The notes beneath the pieces are model-generated. The model was not told the DNA's origin and did no database searches. It was given only the letters and a program-made list of their open reading frames with translations. A stretch of DNA of 64,000 nucleotides from an uncultured Gammaproteobacteria bacterium (GTDB taxonomy: Bacteria > Patescibacteriota > Patescibacteriia > UBA9934): positions 22,555 through 86,554 of the forward strand of contig CAYVLY010000003.1 in assembly GCA_964452565.1 (NCBI GenBank). The letters are read 5' to 3'. The translations under genes were made by a program, and so were the position numbers. Position 1 is the first letter of the stretch. The number at the start of each line of letters is the position of its first letter. This document shows, in pieces, positions 62,348 through 64,000 of the stretch.

Positions 62348-63142
62348 ATGTTTTGGACGATATTATTTAGCATATTATTTGTAGGAGGCGTTATTGTGAT
62401 TGGATGGCTTGTTTGGCAAAAGTGGACCGACCTGAGAGTTCTAGATCCAGATTCGATCCCAGAGTCTGTGTCAAAGAAAAAGAAACAAGAGTTATTGAGA
62501 AAGCGAATTGAGCGCACAGGACTCAAGTATGCCAAAAAAGCGCAGAAGGGAGTCATACGACCTCTTGGTACTGGAATGCAAGAAGCATTCCGGCGTTTTG
62601 CTGGAAAGCTGACTGCAGCCGAGCGTAGGTATCAGCAAGAAAAGCACAAGCAGGCAGCCGACGAAGGGGACCTGCGTGTTATTGATCAACTTGTCGATGA
62701 GGCACAAAAGTTTATGGATGAGGAGATCTGGGATTTGGCCGAGAAGAAGCTCATTCAAGTTATTGGGCTTGATGCTCGCAACGCAGATGCATACGAGCTT
62801 CTTGGACGCGTATATCTGGCTACAAAGGATTATGAATCAGCTAAGGAGACATTTGTATTTCTGAATAAACTTCATCCAAAAGACGCTAGTGTAATAGCTA
62901 GCTTGGGTGAAGTCGATCTGAAACTCGATAACGTGGATGGTGCGGTTGGGCACTTTGAAAGGGCAGTAGAATTGAGCCCGAAGAATCCCAAATATCTTGA
63001 TCTCTACATTGAAGCGATCATTAAGAGCGGAGACGTTCATATGGCTATGACAGTGTTAGATCGGTTGATAGAGGTAAACCCAGAGAATAAGAAAATACTA
63101 GATTTTGAGAAGAAAATAGAAGAACTTCGGAAAAATAAGTAA
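62348..63142 (+). CDS. Membrane-anchored TPR-repeat protein
   Basis: N-terminal TM followed by TPR-like repeats (NADAYELLGRVYLATKDYESAKETF…). Confidence 0.65.
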   Translation: MFWTILFSILFVGGVIVIGWLVWQKWTDLRVLDPDSIPESVSKKKKQELLRKRIERTGLKYAKKAQKGVIRPLGTGMQEAFRRFAGKLTAAERRYQQEKHKQAADEGDLRVIDQLVDEAQKFMDEEIWDLAEKKLIQVIGLDARNADAYELLGRVYLATKDYESAKETFVFLNKLHPKDASVIASLGEVDLKLDNVDGAVGHFERAVELSPKNPKYLDLYIEAIIKSGDVHMAMTVLDRLIEVNPENKKILDFEKKIEELRKNK

Positions 63143-63160
63143 AAATACTAACATTAGGCA

Positions 63161-63186
63161 AAACCCTTGACTTTTCAAGGGTTTTG
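63161..63186 (+). terminator. Terminator aacccttga-cttt-tcaagggtt plus T-run
   Basis: Perfect 9-bp stem after the TPR gene. Confidence 0.65.
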
Positions 63187-63292
63187 TGTTAATTTTTTAA
63201 GCTTGCGCGGGATCCCCCTGCGTCAAGTGGGCTTTGCCCAAAAGGCCCCTTTACAACGTTTTTGAAGGCAGGAAGCTTTCAATGAAGGGAAC

Positions 63293-64000
<708 letters not shown>

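Overview
The window is a 64 kb stretch of an AT-rich (about 40% GC by eye) bacterial chromosome. Its gene content is consistent with a small-genome Patescibacteria/CPR-like organism, but that is inference from content only. The backbone carries cell-envelope and housekeeping genes. These include a surface-glycan locus (several GT4 and GT2 glycosyltransferases, two GT-C-like polytopic membrane proteins, a CDP-alcohol phosphatidyltransferase and rmlB/C/D). The division and cell-wall cluster is split in two: mraY-ftsW-murG at 20.9–24.2 kb and murD-murE plus a bPH-domain protein, an FtsB-like protein and a parvulin-like protein at 29.5–34.1 kb. Other backbone genes are pyrG, rplI, rpmA, frr, glyQS, tpiA, holB, mreB, ftsEX, a Ca-type P-type ATPase, an S41 C-terminal protease, HIT and NUDIX hydrolases, tRNA-Lys(UUU), and a giant (about 2260 aa) repeat/LamG surface protein. 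Four kinds of signal sit on top of this backbone.

- **GC-rich cassettes.** At least eight visibly GC-rich (about 55–60%) single-gene or two-gene units are scattered through the window. Most have their own TTGACA-17-TAnnnT promoter, and three share a near-identical spacer. Most have their own hairpin terminator, and they encode small membrane or hypothetical proteins or a MopE-like repeat lipoprotein.
- **A complete REP-associated tyrosine transposase (RAYT) unit.** It is bounded by perfect 18-bp inverted repeats and sits at the breakpoint of the rearranged division and cell-wall cluster.
- **Several families of GC-rich palindromic intergenic repeats.** There is a 3-hairpin element of about 83 nt present twice in opposite orientations. 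There is a 73-nt two-hairpin direct repeat flanking a 2.9 kb GC-rich island. There are CAGAAC/TTCTG hairpins and paired CCCC/GGGG hairpins.
- **Two tandem small acidic PAE-repeat proteins next to the tRNA.** One has a CxxC…CxxC zinc ribbon. They lie below the 60-aa cutoff of the ORF track.

No CRISPR array and no rRNA are present.
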